This document shows positions 51,495 to 62,540 of a DNA stretch of 64,000 bases, piece by piece. The first letter of the stretch is position 1, and each line of letters opens with the position of its first letter. The notes below the pieces were generated by a model. The model ran no database searches. It saw only the letters and a program-made list of their open reading frames with translations, and was not told the DNA's origin. This stretch comes from Octopus sinensis (lineage: Eukaryota): assembly GCF_006345805.1 (NCBI RefSeq), contig NC_043002.1, forward strand, positions 83,204,001 to 83,268,000, read 5' to 3'. The position numbers were made by a program, and so were the translations under genes.

Positions 51495-52161
51495 GCGTAT
51501 AGGCAAGAATTTTTTCTATGCCTTTAATTATAATTGTATCTATGATTTCACTTTAATAGGTATATTTTTTTTTTATATGCTGGCCACTGATAAAATTTTT
51601 AACAATTCTTTTACATATATATATATATACACACACACACATGCATAATGGGCTTCTTTCAGTTTCTGTCCCATGAGGCTTTGGTTGGCCTTTTATCTAT
51701 TTTATCAGTCTTTTGTCTTGAGCTCTGTTGTCCAGTCTCTAGAAGATTATAGATAAAATGAAATGACCTTGTCTTTTAGAAATTAATCTGAATATTATTA
51801 TACCATTTCCTCTAATCTTCCTGCTGTTATAAATGCTCTCCATCTTTCTTGTCACCATAATGTTTTTCCTATATTAACTACTAACTTCATTCTTTTGACT
51901 ATTGCTGGTAAGGGAATCATGAAGTGACACAAATGGTGATTTTTGGAATGTTTTTTTTTAAATGTGTAATTCGTGTATATTCACCTGATGAAAACGTTTA
52001 TTTTGCATGATGTAACATTTCTATTCATCAATAAAAAAAAAATCATTAGAAACAGCTGTAGTGAATGAACCATTATCCATCTGTTGCCATATATAATGTA
52101 TGTGTGTGTGTGTGTGTACGTATGTATGTATGTATGTATGTCTATCTATCTATATCTGTGA

Positions 52162-52194
<33 letters not shown>

Positions 52195-52341
52195 ATATCA
52201 TCATACAACACACGTGCACACACACACACACACACTTGTTATACTGTTTTTAGTAATTGCTTTTTAATAACGATGTTGATTCATTCATAAAATATAATTT
52301 CAAATTTTAATATTCATTTTTCTCTTTTTTCATCTTTCAAG

Positions 52342-52472
52342 ATGATGTATTCCCAAATATAACTGCCTACTTTGAAAGAATGAAGTCTATGTATTGGCCT
52401 GACTGGTTTGATCCAACTGTGAAATTTCCTACTTTTGGACTTCAGCCTCAAAAGAGTCATTTCACATCATAA
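52342..52472 (+). CDS. FAXC: FAX/FAXC-like copy 1, last exon
   Basis: Acceptor tttcaag|at. Encodes (D)DVFPNITAYFERMKSMYWPDWFDPTVKFPTFGLQPQKSHFTS*, matching FPN...Y..RM...YWPDW. The six exons sum to 846 nt = 281 aa + stop. AATAAA follows at 52529 and 52565. Confidence 0.9.
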
Positions 52473-54699
52473 ACAGAAGCTATATCTGACCAAGAAACAA
52501 GATGAATATTAATGAATCTGTTGTCAGAAATAAATACAGTTTAATAACCAAAGTGAAAAACAAAAATAAAAACCATCAAATGTATCAAATGTTATGATTT
52601 TGCTTTTGTGCCTAAATCTATCAAGTTTCTTAATGATCTTTTATTGGTTTTGAGGATTTAATTTGACTGTATTGATCCTAGGGAGGATAAGTTGAAGCAA
52701 TCTCTAAATTCTCTACAGCTTAACCTGACATATTGGGAAAGTCATTGCCTAGATTGATCTGCATGGCATAAAATGTGTCACAATATATCCAAACAATTAG
52801 AGTTAAAGAAAAAGAACAATAGAAGTACTGTCTCATCAATGTCCCCATCGCGACTTCATAGCAAAACCTATACCCATTTCTTTACTACCCACAAGGGGCT
52901 AAACACAGAGGGGACAGACAAACGGATTAAGTCGATTACATCGACCCCAGTGCGTAACTGGTACTTAATTTATCCACCCTGAAAAGATGAAAGGCAAAGT
53001 CAACCACGGCGGAATTTGAACTCAGAACGTAACGGCAGATGAGATACCTATTTCTTTATTACTCACAAGGGGCTAAACACAGAGGGGACAAACAAGGACA
53101 GACAAACGGATTAAGCCGATTACATCGACCCCAGTGTGTAACTGGTACTTAATTTATCGATCCTGAAAAGATGAAAGGCAAAGTCAACCACGGTCCCAAA
53201 AAAGGTATACACACATTGAATGCTTATTTATAGAATGAGTGAAAAAGTAATAACACATTATTAGCTTATCAATACTTTTGTTTAGATGTATCTAATTTTT
53301 ATTAATTGAAATTAAATAAGACAAATTCTAAGTGACACTTAAGACTGGTCTGCATAGGAAATTTGCCCCAGAGATATTAAAACCTTCTAGATCTTACCAA
53401 GTACAAGCTTCCATGGCAACAGTGATATTGACAGACTGGATATTAGAAGGAAATAGAGGGTGGAAGAGGCTTGAGATAAGTGCAGACAACGTTTGTAAGT
53501 TTTATACTATCACTCAGTCAGTGGTTGTTAAACAGAGGAAGAAAAAAATGTATATAAAATCAAATACTCCAAACTGAAGAGAATAGGGTCCAACAGGTTT
53601 GTCATGAGCTCCTCAATAAGTATTTACTTCCTGATGACCTCCTGTGCAACATGAGATCGCCATTCACTTGAAAATAATTTTTAAAACATTCAAATATTGT
53701 CCGTTGAAAGAAAGCTAAAATATAAATACTCACTGTACAAACAACTTTCTTGAAATCACATTCAGTTAAAAATATCTCTAAATTATTAAAATATTGTGTA
53801 CGTCAAAAAGTCGAAGTACTTTTTTTTCTTAGAGAGCGCGAAGACTGTATATGTCATAGATAGCGGACGTGTGTTTGTGCTGATTGACACACCATGACAT
53901 TCATTTTATGTGTGCGTATTTTGTATGTGTGTATGTTGACGTCCCGGAAGCCATGTGTTTTTTTCGTCAAGAAATAACAAACAAAAATTGTGTTTAATCG
54001 TTTTCATTAATAAATAGAGGTTGAAATATCACAAAAATTTATACTGCACTGTCGAAAGTAAGTATGAAAATAAATATGCAAAAAAAAAATTCAGATAGAA
54101 TATACTGTTTTTGAGATATTTTTATAGATTTTTACTAGTATTGAGATAATAACAACGCGTAAGGTTAATGAAAGGCTATATTAGGCTATGAAAAACGTAC
54201 ATATGACGTTCGGCAATCCCCACTCCCCGTCATCATCGTCGGCGTCGCTTCCGTCGCTGTCAACACCATCGTCACGTCACCACTGTCGCCACCATATCTG
54301 CCGACACTACCGCCGATGCATCAAACGCCGTCACTGCTGGCATCGTCATCACCGTCACCGTCGCCGGAGCCAAGATGCGAAAGGTCATTTAATATGGTGT
54401 GTTTTTTATTAATCTTTTCAACACATTGAAGTTCAGATACGGTTTACTTTAAAACAGTAAAAAAACGTAGCGTTCTTCGTCATAAAAATTTTCTGCCGGA
54501 AAGTTCTGAATAAATTCTGATATACTTAAGAAGAAAAGTTTAGCTCTAAATTTTTATAAAATTACTAAATTTACGCGAGTGCATATTTTGATTGATTTTG
54601 TCGCTGAAAGTAGTAAAGAAGCACTAAATTGGCAGCCCTGATTTAGTCACATATACGTACCTACAAATCACATGCACAATATGCATAAGGTATATACGG

Positions 54700-54740
<41 letters not shown>

Positions 54741-54779
54741 GTGTGTGTGTGTGTGTGTGTGTGTGTATAAATGGAACAA

Positions 54780-55880
54780 AAACGCAACAGAGTACAATAA
54801 AACATTCGGATAGATATACGATACAAGGCGGACAAGAGGCGATCAAGAGAAACAACAATTAGGAGGACAAGCAAAAAAAAGTCTCAGAAGTCACGACCGT
54901 TTCGGGCAGTTACACTTGAGACGGTTTGATCTGGTTGTGTAAGGGAGATAACCGTTCTTTAAGACCCTTTTTTGCGTTATAAAAGTAAATCTAGGACTAT
55001 TAAAGATAATTACTCTAATAACAAGGTATGTCCGAGTAAAACTGTTTGGTTGATAATTCCATATGGTAGGCAGATCAAATTCAACTTCCCTTACCAGTTT
55101 CGGGAAGCTATAGATAAGAATTCCCCCCAAATTCAAGATGTCATTCCATTATCAATTCCCACCGAATTAGAATAGGGTTTTCAAATACCAAAAACCTTTC
55201 ACAAGTCATCTCTTCGCGTAACAATAAGTTGTGAAATACAAATCCACTTAAGGAAAATAATAACATTGATATTATTAACACTAACCATTCTTTGAAGAAT
55301 AATAACAACAATATTAGTATTTCTGATATAAATTCGAATCGCATTCTTTTCCTTAGCAGTCGTTCTAAGAATAGAAACTCTGTTTATCAATGTAAAATTA
55401 CTTCCGGTCCCGATGTCTTTTTTTACATAGGTAGTTCTTCATCTCAGTTGTCCAAAAGAATATCTAACCATTACTCTACATTTAGACATATCAATAAACG
55501 CAACAATACTGGGCTTAGTACACTGTATAAATGTACTCTGGAGGCTTCGGGAAAACCTGACAAAATTTTTCAAAATCTTCGGACGCACAATCTCGATGGA
55601 GAAAGACTATGACATCCTGAATTTTCTTGATGTTGCATTGGTATTGAACTTTACAATCTGTTCCAAAAACCAAATCAATCTCAAATATGTTTATCGAAAA
55701 TTAGACCATCTAAAAGCAGTGATTAATTCGCGGGGTATTTATTTGACTTAGCTTTGTAGACTCCCGGCTAAGAAATTTTCCGACGGATTGAAGAATACTG
55801 TAATACTGCTTAGTCTAGGACCGGATACGCTGAAAAATCCGTTATATTCCAGAAGCAGTTGTTAAAAAGACGCTTAAGGA
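54780..55880. mobile_element. Degenerate, rearranged Penelope-like element
   Basis: On +: KTVWLIIPY..(IWFNPPY-like), VYQCKI...FYIGSS...KRISNHYSTF (GIY-YIG, 55380-55520) and NFLDV...YV...DH (RT thumb, about 55615-55720). On -: the 3' half of a hammerhead (GCCCGAAACGGUCGUGAC, 54890-54915). Many stops and frameshifts. Confidence 0.65.
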
Positions 55881-56797
55881 TGGAATATACACACAAATGG
55901 CACAGAATAACAACTATATTGTTAATAGAATTAGAGTTGACGAGAGAAATAAGAACATCATAGTCAGTACATCAGGTAACAATGATTATATCCCAACTAA
56001 AGAGATGCACAGCGCACCTTACTGTGTGATTTCGAATGAAAAAACTGGAACTGATCAGGCTATTTTACAGCAAGGACAAGCCGTGGGCTCTGGTAGTGAT
56101 AACAAGGATAATAAAAATAAGAAGAGAAAGAGTGTTTCTAGTCTGGGAAACAGGCGCATCTTTCTTTACAACATTACGAACTGCAATATACAGAGTAAGT
56201 GCTTACTAAGGTATTCGCCTGATTTATTCAACCCTTTTTCTCTTCATAACCCCACACATACACACACGCACACGTGTGTGTATGTATGTATGTGTGAAAG
56301 AAAGAAAGAGGGAGAGAGGTAAAGCGTGCATTCTCTCTTCTCCTCTTGCGATTTAGAAACATTTAAAGAATATCTCGCACATCTTCCCATATGACCTAAA
56401 TTCGGTAAATTAGAGCGGACTGACATTTAAAAATGCAGAAAGATTATCCTCTCTTACGAATTCTTCAGTTAGTCGCCGCTGTTACTCAATGGATAAACAC
56501 TGTCTGAAGAAATATCAAATTTAAAAAGTAAGTAAACTTGAAATAATATTTTTTCTTTTGGCGAAAGAATTAAAAAAAAAATCATTGTTTAGTAAATGCC
56601 TAAGAGATCGTTATAATAATGTTCATATTGTAGGAACGATTACTTTTGTATTTCCTTTTTCTTTAAAAAAAAAATGATTAAAAATAGAATTTAATGTAGG
56701 AAAAATATTTTCAAGAGAAATCAACAAAATTTCTTAAGGAAAAAGCTTGAATTGCATTTTGAAGCATTATTCCAGTGAGCAACCTATAGAAGAAATG

Positions 56798-57099
56798 TTG
56801 TTTGTTCCTTCTGGAGCCATGCCTGGCTCATAAGGGCCGGTTTCCCGGTTTCTTGGCGTATAGGTTCTCCACCTGGACGGGACGCCGGTCCGTCGCAGGT
56901 GAGCTGCAAGATGCAGGAGGAAAGAGTGAGAGAAAGTTGTGGCGAAAGAGTCAGCAGAAGTTTCGCCATTACCTTCTGCCAGAGCCGCGTGGATCTTAGG
57001 TGTTTTCGCTCATAAACACACATCACCCGGTCTGAGATTCGAACCCGCGATCCCTCGACCGCGAGTCCGCTGCTCTAACCACTAGGCCATGTGCCTCCA
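56798..57099 (-). mobile_element. Young OR-type (tRNA-Arg-like head) SINE with 14-bp TSD; related copies at about 33280-33590, 37512-37770, 41819-42125, 42250-42575, 50815-51145(-), 4192-4480(-), 1210-1350
   Basis: TSD CTATAGAAGAAATG at 56784-56797 and 57100-57113. Pol III A-box TGGCCTAGTGG and B-box GGTTCGAATC are intact. Confidence 0.85.
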
Positions 57100-57879
57100 C
57101 TATAGAAGAAATGGATCAAGTGGACTAGCTAGAGTAAGCCTATGATTTTCAAGAACTTACTTCCCCCTGGTTAGAAGCAAAGAGTTACCTTTTATTTTAA
57201 AACTTGTTCTAGTTATTTTCTTCTGGCCAGTTATGTCTAGGCATATCATACATATTATATGTATAATATATCTATAATTCATCTATAAACCATCTACACT
57301 TAGCATTGATTACTAAAACACCTAAATTAACAGTTTGAAATGGGGCTTACGTTTCATATTTTGCCTGTTGATGAATAGCGGTGGAGGTGGGGGACTACAT
57401 TTCACATCTGACTTGGACCTATTACCGAGTATCTGTTGGCCTGATTGTAATCGTCGGTTGCTTTTGTTTTGTGCCAAGTGAAACCCAAAATCCCTTTTTT
57501 TTTTTTTTAGTAAATATGAATACATTTTTTATGTTCTGCTTTGTTTAAAATAGGAAAGTGTCAACCAAGAGTAATTTTGCTACAATTTCTTGAAAGTTTA
57601 GTGACTGGGTGATCATTGGTTGTAAGTACTGATAAGAGAAATATTTTTTCATTCTAAAGTTTACTTCATATAATGAAATTATATCGTGAAATTATGTAGG
57701 GCACAACATTTTGTTTTCTTTCCTACTTTTTTCTCTTATCGATACTATCATAGAGCAAACTTTATTCCTCATATAAAACGAAATATAGAATTATATGGTT
57801 CTGCGTGATTATCAACGCCTTGCATTTTTTATTATCCATTTTATTTTTAGAGAACTAAACCGTATTCAACACATCTACA

Positions 57880-57977
57880 ATGATACCACAAAATACAATA
57901 TCGCAATGGACTATTGCTACTGGTGTTGCAGTGCTTACCACCGCAGGCCTTCTTTTCGCCTTTTTACGATGCAGAAG
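57880..57977 (+). CDS. FAX/FAXC-like copy 2, first coding exon (rest of gene beyond window)
   Basis: Acceptor atttttag|aga (57851), ATG at 57880. Encodes MIPQNTISQWTIATGVAVLTTAGLLFAFLRCR, with phase-2 donor ag|gtaaat. Clearly homologous to copy 1 exon 1 (SQWTIAVGVGLITASGLLYIIFRQK) with the same intron phase. Confidence 0.75.
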
Positions 57978-59025
57978 GTAAATATTTTACTCATCTTAAG
58001 TGTTTAAAATGCATTATGAAATATTCTTCTTCTCTCACCCCATCCCCGAAAGGAGATTTTAAAGGAGTGAAACCCGAAGTATAAGCAAAATTGGATGAGC
58101 CACTAGAGCGTTCGATAAATACAATACTACTTCTGTATTGAGATCGATTTTTTTCTATCTCTTTCTGCTTGTCTGCTTTCTTTTTTGAAAGAAATCGACC
58201 ATAGTCAAACCTGGAGAGAGATGGGCTCTGCCAGGTTTAAAGAGACCCAAGATAAAACGTATGACACGAGGGCATATGTTGTATCTACGGTTCCGTGAGG
58301 AGCTGAGTTAGCAAGTAAGTCCAAAGTATACATTCGAATAATGATGAATTATATATAATTTTTTAGATCCATTTAGATGTAAATTATCAACAAAGAATGG
58401 AAACATTATTTTTTATGGTTAACAGCTCATCACACTCACTCTTTCTCGGTTTCTCATTGCTCCTTGTTCTTATTCTACCTACTTAGTGATTTGTTACGAC
58501 ATCTCTTCTCCGGGGTCACCTTGACATTATTATCGCTTCGCGAGCAAAGCAATTCACTGGTGCCCCTAGATATACAACCACAGCATATCTACATCATAAT
58601 GGACCCTTAGACTCATAGGGTCTCCGGGCAACTGCCCAGAATGTCCATGCTTTGGGTCATTGGTGCTCCTCTTCCTCTCTTTCCTTCTCTGTATTCATTT
58701 ATCGCGTTATCTTTCTTTTGATTAACAAAGAAAGTGAACAAATGCTTGTATGAGCGATTAAGAACAGTGCTTCGCAACCATGGGCGTTTTAAAATTGTTG
58801 CGGTGTGTGGCATCTTGGGCAATTGTCTTTACCATAACTCCTGGTCGTCCCTAGGCTGGTGAGTGAATTTGGGGTAGTTGAGGGTTGTACTTGTAATTCA
58901 GAAGTGCAAGCTTACTACGCATTTTTTTTTTTTTTATAAAATATCAGTTCTATATTTAAGAGATGAGGAATTATGTACATTATTTACATAATTTACAATT
59001 GACGGATATTGTTTGTTGTTAACAC

Positions 59026-59276
59026 TGTTGTTGTTATATATATATATATATATATATAATGTATTGAGTATTAAAGGAAGTAGTGAGTACTTAGTATGAA
59101 AGATTAAGAAAATGAGAGAGACTGAAAAAAACGTGTTAACGATACGAGATACTTTATTAGACTGCCGTTGTTGTACAAGGTATTTGTTGTGGCGGGAAAC
59201 TTACTGAATGTCCTTGTATTAAGGGAGACAATGGGCAACGTTGATTGTTCATGTTTGTTGTGATGATTACATAACA
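59026..59276 (-). repeat. 3' LTR of Gypsy element (251 bp)
   Basis: Near-identical to 63343-63590 and preceded on the minus strand by a polypurine tract. Confidence 0.95.
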
Positions 59277-59328
59277 TCTTCCCTTTTTTTTATTTATTTA
59301 TTTATTTATTATTTATTTATTTATTTTT

Positions 59329-60795
59329 TTATCTGTATCTACAGGGAATAATTATTCGTCGTCCACTTTTTGTGGTTTTATTATTTTGTAGTGTTGAATT
59401 CTGTAGTTGTGCTGTTTTTGTTTTTTCATGCGTGTTTGTTGACTTTGGAAATATATTTTCATAATCTAATTCTTCTGTTATGCGAACGTGTTCGTTTGTT
59501 TTAAGAATATGTTGTCTATTTCGTTTGACTGTATTACCTTCCTCTGTTATTACTAAGTATGAACGAGGTTGCTCTAGTTTTTTAATTATTTTGCCCCTTC
59601 TAAACCAATTGTTGTTAAACTTAATTCTAACCGTGTCGTGTGGTTTTAACTCTGGGAGTTCTGTTGTAATGTTTGATTTCTTCTTTTCGTGAGGCCTGAT
59701 ACCAATTTTGTCGTGTAGTAAGTTTGGGAGATTTGTTCGCAATGTTCTATTCATTATTTGATTTGCAGGGGATGGTGCACCATTTTGTAATTTAGTCGTG
59801 CGTAATGCTAAGAGCGCTAACTGAGGTTCTTCGCCACTCTTGAATGCCTTTTTTAGCGTCTTTTTTATTGTCTGTACATTTCTCTCAACCATGCCATTCG
59901 CTTGATGATAATGCGGGCTTGTCTTCGTGTGATGAAAATGCAAATTTTTTGCAAATTTTTTGAATTCAGCCGAATTGAATTCTGGACCGTTGTCACTTAC
60001 AACTGTTTGCGGAATTCCGAATTTAGCAAAAGTTTCTTTTAATTTTTTGATTACGGTTTTTGACTGGCAATCATTTATTTCGTGTAGATCAAAAAATCTT
60101 GTTGTATAGTCAATAATTGTGACATACGAATTTCCAGACAGGTGAAATACGTCTGTACCCACTTTGGTCCATGGTGTAGTAGGTATTTTATGATTTATTA
60201 GTGGTTCGGCTGGTTGTTGGTTTTTGTAGTCAATGCAGTATGAGCATGTGTTAATCATGTCTTTGTTTTGAGCGTTAATGCCGGGCCAGTATATACATTC
60301 CTTCGCTCTCTCTATGCATTTTTCGATACCCATGTGTCCGGTATGTATTTCCTGTAGAGCTTCTCTACGTAATGACTTAGGTACAATTATTCTTGAACCT
60401 TTTAGAACGAGACCATTGACGATTGATATTTCATCACGAACGGATACGAATGGTTTGATGTTTATTGGTATTTTGTCTTTTGGGGGCCATTCTGTTCTTG
60501 TATATGTGATGAGTGTCTGTAGTGACGGGTCGTCTGCAGTGGCTTCTTTATACTCATTTAATTTAGTGTCGGTTATGGGGTAATTCTTTATTACTGCATG
60601 TATGTGCGATTTCATATCTTCGTCTGATACTTCTGGAGTATTTTGCTCAAGGTATGCACGTGATAGGGTATCTGAAACAATTGATTCTTTACCAGGTATG
60701 TGGTTTAGGTCAAAATCATATCTTTGTAATGTTAGTAGAAATCTTTGGATTCTGGGAGGGCATTTAGTGATCGATTTTTTGAATATTTGCTTCAC
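59329..60795 (-). CDS. Gypsy pol part 2: end of RNase H and integrase
   Basis: Continues after a 1-nt frameshift at ccg|tgaag. Contains the HTGHMG...CSYC (HHCC) motif and the D,D35E triad (GTDVF, VSDNGPEF, GMVERNVQT). Confidence 0.95.
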   Translation of the reverse strand: MKQIFKKSITKCPPRIQRFLLTLQRYDFDLNHIPGKESIVSDTLSRAYLEQNTPEVSDEDMKSHIHAVIKNYPITDTKLNEYKEATADDPSLQTLITYTRTEWPPKDKIPINIKPFVSVRDEISIVNGLVLKGSRIIVPKSLRREALQEIHTGHMGIEKCIERAKECIYWPGINAQNKDMINTCSYCIDYKNQQPAEPLINHKIPTTPWTKVGTDVFHLSGNSYVTIIDYTTRFFDLHEINDCQSKTVIKKLKETFAKFGIPQTVVSDNGPEFNSAEFKKFAKNLHFHHTKTSPHYHQANGMVERNVQTIKKTLKKAFKSGEEPQLALLALRTTKLQNGAPSPANQIMNRTLRTNLPNLLHDKIGIRPHEKKKSNITTELPELKPHDTVRIKFNNNWFRRGKIIKKLEQPRSYLVITEEGNTVKRNRQHILKTNEHVRITEELDYENIFPKSTNTHEKTKTAQLQNSTLQNNKTTKSGRRIIIPCRYR

Positions 60796-62540
60796 GGTTT
60801 GTGGTCATTTTCGATTCTGAAATGAGTTCCGTATATAAACTGATGAAATTTCTTGCATGCGAAAACTATACTGAGAGCTTCGCTCTCTATAGGACAGTAG
60901 TTTTGTTCCGCTTGAGTTGTTGCACGAGATGCAAACGAAATAGGTAGCCATCTTTCGTTGTGTTTCTGCTCAAGTATCGCTCCGAGCCCATGCTTACTAG
61001 CATCTGTAGTTATTTTTATTGGTAGATCTGGATTATAAAATTGTAGCACTGGTTTTCTGGTAATCATTTCTTTTAGCTTTTTTATTGCTTCGATTTGTGG
61101 TTTGTCGAATGACCATAACGTGTCACTCTGTAGAAGCTGGCGTAATGGTGCTGTAACTTCGGAGTAATTAGATAAAAATTTACATAGGTAATTTGTCATA
61201 CCTAGGAATCTTTGTAATTCTTTCTTACTTGTTGGCAGTGGCATGTGAATGATTGCTTGTACTTTGGTTGGATCTTGTTTTGTCCCTTCGCTGGTTAATA
61301 GATGCCCAAGGTACGTGATTTGTGATTCATAGAAGATACACTTTGATTTATTTAACTTTAATCCGTGCTTTCGGATTCGATCGAAAACTTGTTGTAGTCT
61401 ATTTGTGTGTTCTTCTAAAGTGCTGGACCAGATTATGATGTCATCTTGTGAATTTTTTGCTCCTTCTATGCCCTCTATTATTTTTGCAATTTCTTTTTGG
61501 AAAACTTCACTGGCGCTGTGAATTCCAAAGAGTAGTCGTGTGAAACGATACCTTCCAAAAGGTGTGTTGAACGTTAACAGATGGGAGCTTTCTTCGTCAA
61601 CTGGAATTTGCCAGTATCCATTAGATGCATCGAGTTTCGAAAAATATTTAGGGTTATGCATTTGTGCAAAAATGTCCTCCGCTGTAGGGAGTTTGAAATG
61701 TTGCCTTTTTATGGCTTTGTTTAGATTCTTGGGGTCTAAACAGAGTCGGAGTTTTCCGTTGGCTTTTTCAACGATGACTAGGGAATTTACCCAGTCTGTA
61801 GGTTCACTAACATGTTTTATGATACCAAATTCTGTCATTCTTTTTAATTCTTTGTTGAGTTTTTCTTTTATAGAAAAAGGAACCGATCTTGGTGGATGAA
61901 TTACAGGAGTTATTTGTGGATCCACTGTGATATGATGTGTTATTGACAAAGTGCCGATTTCTCCGAAACAGTCTTCATATTTTTCTATTATGTCGTTTGT
62001 GTTCGACGAGTTTATTTTTGAAATTCTCTGAATTAGGTTCAGATCTTTAGCTGTCTTTGCATCTATAACTGCGTGCGAGTTTGTTTTTGCAACAATGAAT
62101 TTTATTTGTTTTGATAATTCTTTGTATTTAATGACTGCTGTGCATTTCCCTAGCACTTTTATAGCTGTGTTATTGTAAGCTGATAATCGAGTTGAGGTTT
62201 TTTGCAGTTGTGGTTTTGGAATTATATTTCTATATTCTCTGAATGGCAGTACGGTTACGTCTGCTCCAGTATCAATTTTGAATGTTACATTCGAGTTGTT
62301 CACTTTTAGTTCGACCGTCCAAATGTCTTTTGGAGTCTTGAACTTTTCGATTTTGTGCACGCGGGAATTATTTGCAGTGATCATTTCGAGTGCATGTGTA
62401 TCGTCATCTGATTCATCGTCGGTATGTATCTCTACTTTATGTACAAATTTTCTTGATTTGCACATTTTTGCATAGTGTCCTTGTTTCTTGCATTTTTCAC
62501 ATGTCTTGTGAAATGCTGGGCATTTATTTTTTATAACCAC
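60792..62540 (-). CDS. Gypsy pol part 1: Zn knuckle, protease, reverse transcriptase, RNase H
   Basis: Motifs: CEKCKKQGHYAKMC (CCHC), FKIDTGADVTV (aspartic protease), RLCLDPKNLNKAI, SKLDASNGYWQI, NSQDDIII, TTDASKHGLGAILEQ, EQNYCPIESE and NDHKP. Confidence 0.95.
   Translation of the reverse strand: MVIKNKCPAFHKTCEKCKKQGHYAKMCKSRKFVHKVEIHTDDESDDDTHALEMITANNSRVHKIEKFKTPKDIWTVELKVNNSNVTFKIDTGADVTVLPFREYRNIIPKPQLQKTSTRLSAYNNTAIKVLGKCTAVIKYKELSKQIKFIVAKTNSHAVIDAKTAKDLNLIQRISKINSSNTNDIIEKYEDCFGEIGTLSITHHITVDPQITPVIHPPRSVPFSIKEKLNKELKRMTEFGIIKHVSEPTDWVNSLVIVEKANGKLRLCLDPKNLNKAIKRQHFKLPTAEDIFAQMHNPKYFSKLDASNGYWQIPVDEESSHLLTFNTPFGRYRFTRLLFGIHSASEVFQKEIAKIIEGIEGAKNSQDDIIIWSSTLEEHTNRLQQVFDRIRKHGLKLNKSKCIFYESQITYLGHLLTSEGTKQDPTKVQAIIHMPLPTSKKELQRFLGMTNYLCKFLSNYSEVTAPLRQLLQSDTLWSFDKPQIEAIKKLKEMITRKPVLQFYNPDLPIKITTDASKHGLGAILEQKHNERWLPISFASRATTQAEQNYCPIESEALSIVFACKKFHQFIYGTHFRIENDHKP

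Noticed and set aside
51982-51998. CACCTGATGAAAACGTT, resembling the 63591-63636 hammerhead
   Set aside because: Helix II and the G of GAAA are absent; at best a deleted relic or a chance match.
29019-52472. S-crystallin or sigma-class GST identity for the GST-fold gene
   Set aside because: The motifs (LHQF, SPF..KLETFLR, K.PWI.YNG, GIGRH, YWPDW) and the N-terminal anchor fit FAX/metaxin-like proteins, not sigma GSTs.
57030-57099. tRNA genes at SINE heads (also about 33280, 41819, 31546)
   Set aside because: A/B boxes are present but run straight into SINE bodies with TSDs and lack a complete acceptor stem; these are tRNA-derived SINEs.
57795-58007. ORF-track protein MVLRDYQR...
   Set aside because: Wrong frame; the meaningful reading is the spliced FAX-like exon starting at ATG 57880.
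58192-58314. Exon-like segment as the direct next exon after 57977
   Set aside because: In the phase-2 frame required by the 57977 donor it hits TAG after three codons and has no FAX similarity.
60785-60800. Programmed frameshift between RNase H and the downstream pol ORF
   Set aside because: It falls inside the conserved DHKPL motif and is fully explained by one missing T; no slippery sequence is present.
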